A DNA stretch of 64,000 bases from positions 96,001 to 160,000 of the IMG/VR virus record IMGVR_UViG_3300022723_000184. One strand, 5' to 3'. This document shows, piece after piece, positions 37,569 through 47,056 of this stretch. Origin of the DNA: a virus. Its lineage: Duplodnaviria > Caudoviricetes. A program made the position numbers and the translations under genes. Under the pieces are notes generated by a model. The model was given only the letters and a program-made list of their open reading frames with translations. It made no database searches and was not told the origin of the DNA. How positions within the stretch are numbered: the first letter of the stretch is position 1; every line of letters starts with the position of its first letter.

Positions 37569-37829
37569 ATGAAGAAAATCATCGAAACAGACGAATCGGA
37601 AGGGCTTGAATCTCTACTCGGCGAGCAAGTCACGCTGTGGTGCGAGTGCTACATCTACGCCGGCAAGTTGATCGGCGTGAACACGCACGATGTGAAGCTC
37701 GCCGACGCAAAGATCGTCTACGAAACCGGTTCGCTCAACGAAGCCGGATTCAAGAATGCTCAGTCGCTCCCTGGCGAATCGTGGTATGTGCGCATCCCTA
37801 AAATCGAATCCTATGGGGTCATGAAATGA
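37569..37829 (+). CDS. Small Sm/LSm-like beta-barrel phage protein
   Basis: GEQVTLWCECYIYAGKLIGVN..VKLADAKIVYETG. Confidence 0.55.
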   Translation: MKKIIETDESEGLESLLGEQVTLWCECYIYAGKLIGVNTHDVKLADAKIVYETGSLNEAGFKNAQSLPGESWYVRIPKIESYGVMK

Positions 37830-38020
37830 GCCTTGGCGCTGGCGGCAGAATGTCGTGGTCGCGGTCGCGGTCGTGGTCGCGGTCGTGGTCGTGGTCGTGG
37901 TCGCGGTCGTGGTCGGGGTCGCGGTCGTGGTCGCGGTCGTGCTCGGGGTCGCGGTCGTGGTCGCGGTCGTGGTCGCGGTCGTGGTCGTGGTCGCGGTCGG
38001 GGAGCGACAACAACCGATAG
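37826..38020 (+). CDS. Ser-Arg/Ser-Trp dipeptide-repeat peptide
   Basis: ATGA overlap with previous gene; stop overlaps next RBS. Confidence 0.55.
   Translation: MSLGAGGRMSWSRSRSWSRSWSWSWSRSWSGSRSWSRSCSGSRSWSRSWSRSWSWSRSGSDNNR
37853..38002 (+). repeat. Hexanucleotide tandem repeat TCG(C/T/G)GG, ~25 units
   Basis: Directly visible 6-nt periodicity. Confidence 0.95.
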
Positions 38021-38034
38021 GAGTGTTTAGACCC

Positions 38035-38454
38035 GTGAAGCACGAAAACCAGTGCAGCTATTCCCGCTGCCGATACGAGTATGAATTGCGGCTGATTTAT
38101 GCCAACGTGCAGCTGTGCAACAAGCACTGGTCCCAGCTCTGCGACATCGAGCTGGACCTGGAAGGCCGCACGGCTGCCAAGGTCCTGCAAGCGGAGCGGG
38201 CCTGCCTCAAGTTCTTCGCCAAGTGCGGATCCCGCAAAGCCAAGCGCCTGCTGGACAAGCTGAACGCAGACCCGGACGCCTACACCCTGCAGCACGTAGG
38301 AACCAGGGGCCTGACCGTCGCGGAATACATCGCGTCGCTCGCCCGCCCCGTGGAAGAGCCTACCCCCGTCGAGGAGGACGAGGCCGATGACTCAGACGAG
38401 TTCGGCGGTATCTCCGGTTACATCGAAGATCCCGCGAGTGGTCCTGTTCTTTGA
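38035..38454 (+). CDS. Hypothetical Cys-containing protein
   Basis: RBS AGGAG; GTG start; acidic tail. Confidence 0.5.
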   Translation: MKHENQCSYSRCRYEYELRLIYANVQLCNKHWSQLCDIELDLEGRTAAKVLQAERACLKFFAKCGSRKAKRLLDKLNADPDAYTLQHVGTRGLTVAEYIASLARPVEEPTPVEEDEADDSDEFGGISGYIEDPASGPVL

Positions 38455-38887
38455 CGGGGCCTGCGAGCCAAAGAACCCGGGCGGCGTGCCGACCTGGGGT
38501 TACGTGATCTACCGGGCCGACGGCTCCCTGTGGTTTGAAGACTGTGGGGTGTCCAGGCTCAACAAGTTCCCCAAGACCAACAACGTCGCGGAGTACCACG
38601 CCCTAGGTCACGGCCTGCGTCGGCTACTCGACGAAGGTCACCAGGGCGACGTGATGGTCTACGGTGATTCGCAGCTGGTGATCAACCAGGTGTTCGGCGA
38701 GTGGAAGTGCAGGCCGGTACATCTGACCCAGCTCCGCCGCAGGATCCTCCAACTGGTCTCGGAGCTTAGGGGCCAGGTGATCGGGTCCTGGGTGCCCCGG
38801 GACCGCAACGAGTACGCCGACGCCCTGTCGAAAAAGGCTTACGTGCAGACGACGGGCAGGCAACCACCAGAACGAAGGAGACAGTAA
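38387..38887 (+). CDS. rnhA: Ribonuclease HI
   Basis: LFFDGAC..TNNVAEY..YGDSQLV..RNEYADALS (D-E-D-D). Confidence 0.9.
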   Translation: MTQTSSAVSPVTSKIPRVVLFFDGACEPKNPGGVPTWGYVIYRADGSLWFEDCGVSRLNKFPKTNNVAEYHALGHGLRRLLDEGHQGDVMVYGDSQLVINQVFGEWKCRPVHLTQLRRRILQLVSELRGQVIGSWVPRDRNEYADALSKKAYVQTTGRQPPERRRQ

Positions 38888-38890
38888 CGC

Positions 38891-39148
38891 ATGGCGAGCC
38901 GTGCTGAAGTGCAGATACAGTGGGCGGAGAAGGCGGCTGACATCTTGCTCGACCGAAGGATCGTGGAGATCCGCTACATGTCCGACTTCCACATGGCCCA
39001 GGAGATGTGGAGCGGACCCGCCCCGATCATCCTCGTCCTCGACGACGGGACCAAGATCTACCCGGCACGGGACCCTGAGGGCAACGGCCCGGGGGCGTTG
39101 TTCGGCGTGAAGAGGGACGGCGAGGACTTCTGCGTCCCGCCGGTCTGA
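38891..39148 (+). CDS. Hypothetical protein
   Basis: RBS AAGGAG; RDPEGNGPGALF motif. Confidence 0.6.
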   Translation: MASRAEVQIQWAEKAADILLDRRIVEIRYMSDFHMAQEMWSGPAPIILVLDDGTKIYPARDPEGNGPGALFGVKRDGEDFCVPPV

Positions 39149-39160
39149 TAGGAGAGACAC

Positions 39161-40048
39161 TTGGCCAAACGCAAGTTCACGATGCACGAGCAGATGATCT
39201 TCGACGTAATCCGCAAACAGGCGGGCACGCTGTCGAAGGCGGCGTTGGAAGGCGTGATGAACGCCGTCGACGCCAACGCCTCCGAGATCAAGATCACGCT
39301 CGACGAGGGCAGGATGACCCTGTCCGACGACGGTAAGGGGTTCCGGTCCAAGAAGGAGATCGAAGACTACTTCGAGACCTTCGGCCGACCTCACACAGAG
39401 CAAGAGCAGAAGGTCTTCGGCAAGTTCCGTATGGGTCGCGGGCAGATGTTCGCGTTCGGCAGGAACCTGTGGGAGACCGGACGATTCCGGATGGACGTCG
39501 ACGTCAAGGACAAGGGCCTGGATTACGACCTGAAGGAGCTGTCCGAGAAGGAGCGGGCGCCCGGTTGCTCGATCACGATCGAGCTGTACGACCAGTTGCT
39601 GCCGAGTGACGTCGACAAGACGGTCAGGGACCTGGAGCTGTGGTGCAAGTGGGCGCCGCTCCGTGTGGTGCTCAATGACCGGGAGATCAGTTCGGATCCC
39701 GCTGCCCAGGAGTGGCAGTACGAGACGGACGAGGCCTACGTCAGTCTGACGGGTGTCGGCGGTCTGACGATCTACAACCAGGGCGTGTTCGTCATGGACA
39801 TTCCGGCCTACCGGTACGGGACGGGCGGCGAGGTCGTGACCAAGATGGGTCAGGATCTTGACGTCAACTTCGCCCGCAACGACATCCTGGCTTCGTGCCC
39901 GATCTGGAAGAAGGTCTCGCCCTTCATCGACCAGCGGGCCACGGAGAAGAACACCAAGAAGCGGGCCCTGGACGACGGCGCCCGCCAGAGGCTGGCCCAC
40001 CAGTTGAAGGCCGGCGAAGAGATCGAGTCTCATCTTCTAAACCGATGA
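39161..40048 (+). pseudogene. GHKL (HSP90/MORC/rIIA-like) ATPase, truncated by a CRISPR repeat
   Basis: EGVMNAVDA, DDGKG, GKFRMGRG motifs; last 7 codons come from the inverted repeat; likely C-terminal remnant at 40077-40130. Confidence 0.7.
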
Positions 40049-40062
40049 GCAGGTATTAAGAT
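40027..40062 (-). CRISPR. Solitary CRISPR repeat G with leader end and -10 box (TACAAT, 40070-40075)
   Basis: 35/36 identical to the array repeat; 46 nt identical to copy C. Confidence 0.92.
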
Positions 40063-40139
40063 CCTCGGTATTGTAGTCTAGCAAGAAGGACTTCGTGTTC
40101 GACTGGATCAAGAACATCATGCTCATTTAGGAGGTTGTT

Positions 40140-40406
40140 TTGAAAACCATTTGGAAATTCCCGCTCGAAATCGTCGACCAGCAAGAGGTCGAGATGCCTG
40201 CCGAAGCAGGCGGCATTCACGTGGAGATGCAGAACAACCAGCTGTGTTTGTGGTCGATGGTAGATCCCGAGGCGCCCAAGGTGTCCGTCAAGATCCGTGT
40301 CGTTGGTACTGGGCACCCTATCCCGGACGCCGACAAGCTGACGCACTTGGGCTCGTGCCTGATGGCCGGCGGTGCCCTCGTGTGGCATGTGTTCAAGAAG
40401 GACTAG
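40140..40406 (+). CDS. Hypothetical phage protein
   Basis: RBS AGGAGG; KTIWKFPL..LCLWSMVDP..VGTGHPIP..LVWHVF. Confidence 0.7.
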   Translation: MKTIWKFPLEIVDQQEVEMPAEAGGIHVEMQNNQLCLWSMVDPEAPKVSVKIRVVGTGHPIPDADKLTHLGSCLMAGGALVWHVFKKD

Positions 40407-41074
40407 AAGGGGTCGGATACGCGGCCTAACCAGTTTACCACCGTCGGGCCGAGGTGGTAGGCGGCGGTCTGCTCCATGTAGACCACGCGATCGCGTTCGG
40501 CCCACTGCTTCGCAAATTGGATGTCGCAGGTCTCGGCGGTCTGAAACCGTTCGGGGTACGGCTTCCGTTGCGAGGTGTGGTAGAGCTGGAAGTAGCCTCG
40601 GACCAGGCCGTGCTCGAAGGCGGCTGAGTCCGGGGGGATGTACGCCAGGCGGGTGTGATACGGGATGAACGGGTCGGCCTGCTTGATCGCATAGCGAGAG
40701 GGTACGACGAACCTTGGCGCCCCGTACAGCTTAGTAGGGTCAGGGACGACCCGGTGCAGTTGGTCGATCGTCTTCTCGGGGATCACGATGTCCGCGTCCA
40801 GGTGTAGTATCCAACCAGGGGACGCATCGAAGATGCCAGCGCACCGGCTTAGCAGGTGCGACAGTGCCTTGCCCTTGTTGAACGGTGCACCGCCCTCGTA
40901 GAAGGCGTCGGTGCGGACAAGAGAAAAGCCCAGGTCCTTGCAGACCTGGGCCGTGTGTTCGTCTTGGTTGTCGGTCACGACGACGACCCTGGGGGTCAGC
41001 CGCTTCCAGGACAGGCCGGCGATCTCCAGGGTGTCGGCGTAGTTGACGCTGACACTGACGATCGTCGGCTGCAT
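40403..41074 (-). CDS. Glycosyltransferase, GT-A fold
   Basis: VSVSVNYADTL..VVTDNQD..FNKGKAL..ILHLDADI. Confidence 0.8.
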   Translation of the reverse strand: MQPTIVSVSVNYADTLEIAGLSWKRLTPRVVVVTDNQDEHTAQVCKDLGFSLVRTDAFYEGGAPFNKGKALSHLLSRCAGIFDASPGWILHLDADIVIPEKTIDQLHRVVPDPTKLYGAPRFVVPSRYAIKQADPFIPYHTRLAYIPPDSAAFEHGLVRGYFQLYHTSQRKPYPERFQTAETCDIQFAKQWAERDRVVYMEQTAAYHLGPTVVNWLGRVSDPF

Positions 41075-42243
41075 CAGTAGGTGACACCCGCGGCGTGGAG
41101 CAGTTCGTCGGAGACCCGGTCCGGCTCGCTGGCCGCTTTGGTCATGATCGGGGCGATGCCCGCCTCGGTCGCGAGCTTGTCGAACAGCTCGGCGTCGTCC
41201 CGAGGCATGGTCTCGGCGATCTCCGCGAGCTTCTCGGCGTCGACGTTGTCCAGGCCCCCGGAGACCTCGTTGGCGACGTCGGAACCGAACAGGTTCTGGA
41301 TGTCGGCCAGCTTGATCTTGCCGAAGTCGTTCTTCGAGTAGATGTTGCCCGTAAGCATGGCGCAGGAGCCCTCGACCGCGGCCCTGGCCTCTTTGTAGGT
41401 GGCCTTGAAGATCACGTCCTCGGGCCGGGGCAGGGTGTCGGTGTACCGGCCGGCCAGGTTCATGGCCCGGTCCATGATGTCGACGGTCTCCGCCAGCTTG
41501 ACCAGGGCCTCGGGGACCAGGGCGTGACGGGGCTTGGAGGCCACGGTCTCCGCCAGCTTCATGATCGCCTCGCGGTGCTCGGCCGTCTTGGCCAGGCGGG
41601 CCCGGTTCGTCAGCATGGCGACCACGTCGTGGGGGTTGCACACCCCGTGGCCGGCCTGCTTCTCGATGAAGTTCTCGTGCTGGCCGAGGCCGGCGCCGTA
41701 CCGGGCGGCCTTCTCCAGGATCTTCTTGGCGATGACGTTGCGGTCGGAGAACGGCAGCTGGTCCCGGTACTGGGCCAGCCAGTCGGCGGCGGCCCGGACC
41801 TCCTGAGCGTTCTTGATCCGGAGGTTGCGGACCTTGGAGCCGTCGTCGCCCGTCCAGACGTAGGCGAAGTCCTCGTCCGGCAGCTGGTCGTCGGCGTTCT
41901 TGGTCAGCTCGACCTCGCGGGTGGCCAGCTCGTCGCAGGCCCCCTTGATGCCCCAGTACTTGGCGAAGTGATCAAGGCGTTGCTTGATGTGCGCCTGCTT
42001 CGTAGGATTGTACCCTGCCTTCTTATCGTGGAAGTACAGGTGGCTGAGCCAGGTCGACGCGGAATTGTGGCAAGGGTACCGCCTGTTCAGCTCGTCGCCG
42101 TAGACCGTCGGCGGGAGGTCCTGGGGCCGCATGGTCTGATCCATGTTGGCCTGTTTCACGAACCCGGGGATCGGGTAGAGTTTGGAGAGACGGTGAAGTT
42201 CTGCCCCGTTCGCGTCAGAGACGTGGTCGAAGGTCGTGCTCAT
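41074..42243 (-). CDS. Hypothetical protein (possibly head-associated)
   Basis: RBS GAGGT; 389 aa; high GC3 on - strand; TGATG coupling to the GT gene. Confidence 0.65.
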   Translation of the reverse strand: MSTTFDHVSDANGAELHRLSKLYPIPGFVKQANMDQTMRPQDLPPTVYGDELNRRYPCHNSASTWLSHLYFHDKKAGYNPTKQAHIKQRLDHFAKYWGIKGACDELATREVELTKNADDQLPDEDFAYVWTGDDGSKVRNLRIKNAQEVRAAADWLAQYRDQLPFSDRNVIAKKILEKAARYGAGLGQHENFIEKQAGHGVCNPHDVVAMLTNRARLAKTAEHREAIMKLAETVASKPRHALVPEALVKLAETVDIMDRAMNLAGRYTDTLPRPEDVIFKATYKEARAAVEGSCAMLTGNIYSKNDFGKIKLADIQNLFGSDVANEVSGGLDNVDAEKLAEIAETMPRDDAELFDKLATEAGIAPIMTKAASEPDRVSDELLHAAGVTY

Positions 42244-43906
42244 GGCTAAGGCACCTCGTAGTCTGAACATCCATGTTCCCTGGGCCGAGGTCGCCGAGGC
42301 TCTGGAGTTGCCCCTGAAGAGCCAGACACTCCCCGCTACGACCAGATGCCCATTGTGCGGCGGACGCCGCTTACGTATCTATCAGGATAGCACAAGCGGG
42401 GGGTCATGGCACTACTGCGGTGATTGTAAATCCCGCGGTGACATGATAACACTGGCCGGTTCCGTGTGGAAAACGGACGTCTACGAGACGCTCGACAGGC
42501 TGAGAGATGCTGGCATCGATCTGCCCGATACGCAGTTAGGGTCGCCCCAGGTCGTCAGTTACGCCGATCGACAGAAGCGACAGGCCACGATCAGCGAACT
42601 TTGGAAGCTGGCGCAGCGTCAATTGTGTGCCGGCCGGATGGGGGGAGTCGCTGACCTGCAGCGGAAGTACTATCTTCGGTTCAAAGGCGACCGTGAGCGG
42701 GTGGAGGACGGGCCGGCCAAGCTATACGGGGCCCTGACCGTCAAGCAGGCGGAGCGGGCGTTGTACAGCCCGGGGTCGTTGAACAAGTACGGGCGGACGA
42801 AGAACGCGCACCTCGCCTTCAAGGGCCGCAACTGGGGCGATGTCCTGGTCATGCCGTTCTACGACATGCCCCAGCGGATCTGTGCCCTCAGCTTTATGGG
42901 GCGCCGCGGCAATCCGAAGACCGACCAGGTGTTTTACACGACGCACACCAGCGCGATCGAGGCGGGCCTCGGCGGGCTGCCCTCGATCGAACTGGCTCAT
43001 GACCCGGACACGGTGATTGCCGTAGACGACTGGCTGTTCTACTTGCGGGCCCAGATCCGCCACTTCCGCAGCTCGTACATCCCGATGCCCATGGTCGTAT
43101 GGCGGGACGAGGGCAAGATCAGGACCCAGCGGGCGTGGAACGCGGTCAGTGACAAGAACATCGTGTTCTGGGGGTTTAACTTGGACGCCCGGATGATCCG
43201 GCACGCGATGGAGACCGACGGCATGATCTCGCTGCTCGGGCCCAAGGAGTTTGTCGACGACCAATCGGTCGGCCACTTCCTGCGGGACCACCGGGGCACC
43301 GACCTGCCCCGCGACGTCATCCGGGCCGCGAGGCCGTGGCGCAAGGCTCTGGCCCACTGGCTCTCGTGCAATAGGCCGGAGCACGGCCACAATCTGTTCA
43401 AGGCCCTCGAAGAGCTGGGCGAGGACGTCAGCCACATCCTGAACCAGATCGGCAAGGGCCCGACGACGATCGCCCGACCGGTCATGCGGAGGTCGGCCGA
43501 GGTCGGCCCCTACACGATCTCCGAGCGAGGCGGGTGCTGGTACCACGACAGGTACAGGACCCGGCCCGAGCTGATCATGGATGCGGTTCTCAGGGTGACC
43601 CATGCGATCAACGACCTGCGGTCGGGTGACCTATGGTACCGCGGGTTCATCGAGTACCGCGGGCAGCGGATCTATTTTCTGGAGCCGGCCAAGACCATGG
43701 AGGGCCGGACCCTGTTCTGGATCCGGGACAAGGTCAGCGCCGCGGGTCTCGGGCTGCTGCGGTACAGCTCGATCTGGTCACGGGGTGGGAGGCACAATCT
43801 GTACCAGGTGGCCGTGACCTTCGACGAACCGCGGTTTGTGAATGAAGACCTGGCCTTGCACGTGCAGGAGATGCGTGAAGCCGGGCACCTGATCGATCCG
43901 ATCTAG
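42242..43906 (+). CDS. DNA primase-like protein (N-terminal zinc-binding domain)
   Basis: RCPLC..WHYCGDCKSRGDMI CHC2-like motif; central Toprim-like region weakly conserved. Confidence 0.55.
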   Translation: MAKAPRSLNIHVPWAEVAEALELPLKSQTLPATTRCPLCGGRRLRIYQDSTSGGSWHYCGDCKSRGDMITLAGSVWKTDVYETLDRLRDAGIDLPDTQLGSPQVVSYADRQKRQATISELWKLAQRQLCAGRMGGVADLQRKYYLRFKGDRERVEDGPAKLYGALTVKQAERALYSPGSLNKYGRTKNAHLAFKGRNWGDVLVMPFYDMPQRICALSFMGRRGNPKTDQVFYTTHTSAIEAGLGGLPSIELAHDPDTVIAVDDWLFYLRAQIRHFRSSYIPMPMVVWRDEGKIRTQRAWNAVSDKNIVFWGFNLDARMIRHAMETDGMISLLGPKEFVDDQSVGHFLRDHRGTDLPRDVIRAARPWRKALAHWLSCNRPEHGHNLFKALEELGEDVSHILNQIGKGPTTIARPVMRRSAEVGPYTISERGGCWYHDRYRTRPELIMDAVLRVTHAINDLRSGDLWYRGFIEYRGQRIYFLEPAKTMEGRTLFWIRDKVSAAGLGLLRYSSIWSRGGRHNLYQVAVTFDEPRFVNEDLALHVQEMREAGHLIDPI

Positions 43907-46860
43907 TCGAGATCCCAGTTCGGGTTCTCGGGATTCAACGCATCCATGATCGCACGGTCGATGCCGATGTTTTCGATCTCGGCAAGGTTCGGCCAGTTGC
44001 CAGTCGCCTGGTACAGTGTGATCAGGCCGAGGTTGGTGGCCTGGGCGAAGTCGTCGGACAGCGCAGGATCCCGGATGATCGTGTAGATGTCCTTACCCAG
44101 GCGGCTGTCGACCTTCTCCTCGACCAGGGCCAGGAACTCCCGGATGAGGCCGGGGTTCTCGGCGTCCTTGTAATCGTCTTGAAAGAACCGGAGCCAGCCG
44201 GTCTTGATCTGTTGGCAGGTGAGCTGCAGGGACCGGGGCTTGTCGACCAGGTAGTAGTCGCGGGGGTGGCGGTCCGTCCGGGGCTTGGGAACGATGATGC
44301 CGCCGACGGCCGCACGCTGCAGCTGGCAGGCGATGATCCGGTTGTAGGGGAAGCCGGCCTGATTGATGAACGTCTCCCGCAAGGAGCCGGCACCCGTGTA
44401 GTCGTGAGCCATCAGGTGACACTTGAACCGGGTGAGAAGGGCAATGGCCAGCCGGGCTTCCCGGGCATGGTCGTGGGGCGTCAGCGAACGCAGGGCGTAC
44501 AGGCAGTCCACCCGACCATCGGGCATCATGCCGAGGACCGAGTAGGTCGTGAAACTGATGCCCTGTTCGCCGCCGCCGCCCCAGTCCACGCCCAAACAGC
44601 GGAGGGTGTACTCGCCGATCTGTTTCTGGGCCTCTTCGACCTCGTTCTTCCACGGAAGGCACGCGGCCTTCATCAGGTCGGTGAGCGTCACGAGCTTCGA
44701 GCCGGTGTCGTAGCTCTCGCCGCAGACCTCGTTGTAGAACACATGGATCGGGGTGTTGCCCCGGCCCTCACGCTTGCCGAGAAGGACGTCCCACTTCTCG
44801 GCGTTGCCGTAGTGCATCGGCATGATGATCTGCGGCACGTGGTACCCGGCGAACGTCCAACGCTTTTCCGGGTGGGCATGAACCCAACGGCCGTGCAGCT
44901 TCGGGTGGATGGGCCTCCGGCACTTGGCGCAGATTACGGCCGGATTGTTGAAGGAGATGTCGTCACGCAACGGGCCGATCATCTTGTCGAGATCGTGGGT
45001 CATCGCCGGTACGTTATGGTAATTGCAGCGGTGACATTTGATGACCCATTCGGCCATCGAACTGTCTCGCCAAAGAGTTTCGATCGTGTTTTCGAGGGTC
45101 TTTGGAGTGCCCGCAAACGACTCGATGCCTCCGTACTTCGATCCGGACATCGTTTCCCGGATGATCGGGATGAAGTCTTTGTCGAGGTCCTGCACTTCGT
45201 CATAACAATTATGTGTCAGCACACCTTCAGCGAAGAAGCAGTGTTCTCGTTGCGTGTTGATGTCCCAAACCGGTTTGAGGTCAAGACGTTTTACGTGGAC
45301 TACGTGTACAAACGATGTCTCACTTTTCGACACTCTGGCCCGCAGACGGGATTCGATGCCGCAATCTGATGCTGCTTCGCTTCTATCGTTTTCCCGCACA
45401 TCGAACAGGCAATTTCGGGGCGAGGTTTCGCGAGCTTGTAAGACATCATCTTCGGGACGAACGCGGATACGTTTTCGGACAGTTTCCTGGAGTCCGCGGC
45501 CGGCAGGTAAACTAAGTGATAGAGCTTTCCTGTACGAGAGTTTATGGACGGGTGACGTTTGGCCGACAACAATTCTCGTCGCTGTAGGTCGGACGCGATG
45601 AGGTCCACTTCCCTTTCGGTGAACCCTTGCGTGTTGAAGTGGATAGTACTTCTTTGTCGTGCCCCGTCGTCCATGAGCTAGTAAGCGATTCCTCGCCAGT
45701 CGAGTCGTTCTAGCCAATCCTGACTGACGCGTTTCTTTCCTTCCGGACAGGTCAGCGCATACAGCGGAGCCAGCTCCACGGCGCTTACGGTGTTGAACAC
45801 GCAAGATACTTTGCCCCAGCCTTTGTTTTCTTTCACTCTTGGTGGTGTGGACACGTACTCGCCTAAGACTGCTGCCTTGTGTCGGCAGTACGCTTCTCGA
45901 GACCCGCCGTGGCGGAAGCATACCCGCGGGTTTGCTGTGTTGCTCGATTTTGACAGGCAAGCATCCCCGAGCAAACAGCCGAGTAGAAGTTGTTCTTGCT
46001 CGCAGGTCAACGGAGGCACCTTCTTCGGTTTTCTCCCCGGGCGAGAAAAGGGTCGACAAGCGGATCCATTCGCCCTCGGCGGTTTTGAACCGAGAGTCTT
46101 TTGTACACCTAAGGACCGAGCCATTGGAAAACCGGACTTCGTAGATCTGCTGGACGCCTTGGAAGATTTTTTCGGTAACGACATCGTCGACAACCTTTCC
46201 GTCGTTGTTGACGGCCGGCACGATGTCCCCAGTTCTGGCTTCGTCGATCCGGATACCGCCGCGGTTCCTGGTTTCGATTATTGTATCGCCTACGAAGCAG
46301 TTCTGGTCAGCGGAAATACCACGAGTACGTTCGGCGTCGAGGAACGCGAACGAGAAGATCATCTGGCTGTTGTTGCGGAAGGTACGTTGCAGCACAGAGC
46401 CAATCGTGTTCGTGCCGGTGAACACGTTGACCACGGGCGACTGCTCGATGAACGGTCGGATGTAGTTCTGGCTGAATCGCCGGATCATTTCAAACAAGGG
46501 CGTGACGTACAGCGTCGAGAAGTACGGCAGGCAGTTCGACTGCACGACGCCGCGACTTGCCAGGCTCGTCGACTTGGAGACTTGACGGCCTGTTTTGAGC
46601 AGCGACTTGCGGGCCATGCGAGTCCGGAAGAACGGCTCGAACGGGAAGTAGTTGTCGAGGCTGTACGGTTCGCCCTTGAGGTTGAGTAGCAGCGGGAGCA
46701 GGGGTTTCAAGGACGCCACCCTGCTTTTGCGCATGAGGTGGGCGGCCACCGTAAGTCGGCGGGTGTTGGCGTCCTCGAACCCCGATAGTTTTAGGCCGTC
46801 AAGGATCTTGGGCGAGACGTCGAGGCCCATTTCCTTGATGACGTCGGAGACAACTGACAT
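43903..46860 (-). CDS. terL: Terminase large subunit (GpA-like) containing an intein
   Basis: KTGRQVSKSTS P-loop; YDEVQD Walker B; LGVDWG nuclease; CxxC; C-terminal DDFAQA. Confidence 0.85.
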   Translation of the reverse strand: MSVVSDVIKEMGLDVSPKILDGLKLSGFEDANTRRLTVAAHLMRKSRVASLKPLLPLLLNLKGEPYSLDNYFPFEPFFRTRMARKSLLKTGRQVSKSTSLASRGVVQSNCLPYFSTLYVTPLFEMIRRFSQNYIRPFIEQSPVVNVFTGTNTIGSVLQRTFRNNSQMIFSFAFLDAERTRGISADQNCFVGDTIIETRNRGGIRIDEARTGDIVPAVNNDGKVVDDVVTEKIFQGVQQIYEVRFSNGSVLRCTKDSRFKTAEGEWIRLSTLFSPGEKTEEGASVDLRARTTSTRLFARGCLPVKIEQHSKPAGMLPPRRVSRSVLPTQGSSLRRVRVHTTKSERKQRLGQSILRVQHRKRRGAGSAVCADLSGRKETRQSGLARTTRLARNRLLAHGRRGTTKKYYPLQHARVHRKGSGPHRVRPTATRIVVGQTSPVHKLSYRKALSLSLPAGRGLQETVRKRIRVRPEDDVLQARETSPRNCLFDVRENDRSEAASDCGIESRLRARVSKSETSFVHVVHVKRLDLKPVWDINTQREHCFFAEGVLTHNCYDEVQDLDKDFIPIIRETMSGSKYGGIESFAGTPKTLENTIETLWRDSSMAEWVIKCHRCNYHNVPAMTHDLDKMIGPLRDDISFNNPAVICAKCRRPIHPKLHGRWVHAHPEKRWTFAGYHVPQIIMPMHYGNAEKWDVLLGKREGRGNTPIHVFYNEVCGESYDTGSKLVTLTDLMKAACLPWKNEVEEAQKQIGEYTLRCLGVDWGGGGEQGISFTTYSVLGMMPDGRVDCLYALRSLTPHDHAREARLAIALLTRFKCHLMAHDYTGAGSLRETFINQAGFPYNRIIACQLQRAAVGGIIVPKPRTDRHPRDYYLVDKPRSLQLTCQQIKTGWLRFFQDDYKDAENPGLIREFLALVEEKVDSRLGKDIYTIIRDPALSDDFAQATNLGLITLYQATGNWPNLAEIENIGIDRAIMDALNPENPNWDLD
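45208..46299 (-). mobile_element. Intein (364 aa) with frame-shifted, inactivated LAGLIDADG endonuclease
   Basis: Starts CFVGDT, ends FFAEGVLTHN before Cys; LLGCLLGDACL and IAY*LMDDG motifs lie in another frame. Confidence 0.9.
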
Positions 46861-47029
46861 GAAAGATCAGTCCTATCATCAAGCAGACCGGGACGAGGGC
46901 GTGGATTGGCTCGCCAACCTGCTCGAAGTCCTGTTCTCCAGCCTCTGGGCAGTCGTGGTCGTCGTTGCCACGGGCCTCTGGGGCCTGTTATGCTGGGCAC
47001 GTAAGATGTTGTCCAGCAAGAGCAAGTAG
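46859..47029 (+). CDS. Small membrane protein
   Basis: RBS GGAG; one hydrophobic segment; start shares CATG with terL. Confidence 0.45.
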   Translation: MKDQSYHQADRDEGVDWLANLLEVLFSSLWAVVVVVATGLWGLLCWARKMLSSKSK

Positions 47030-47056
47030 GTTTCACTATAAGGTGCGGAGGCTAGG

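Noticed and set aside
44178-44197. Spacer 9 (KWIRFF) resembling terminase WLRFF
   Set aside because: Only about 12/20 nt match; at best it hints at a related phage's terminase
45678-45680. TAG recoding (alternative genetic code) to explain the in-frame TAG in the LAGLIDADG frame
   Set aside because: Many genes here end in TAG directly before the next RBS/start, so TAG is a stop
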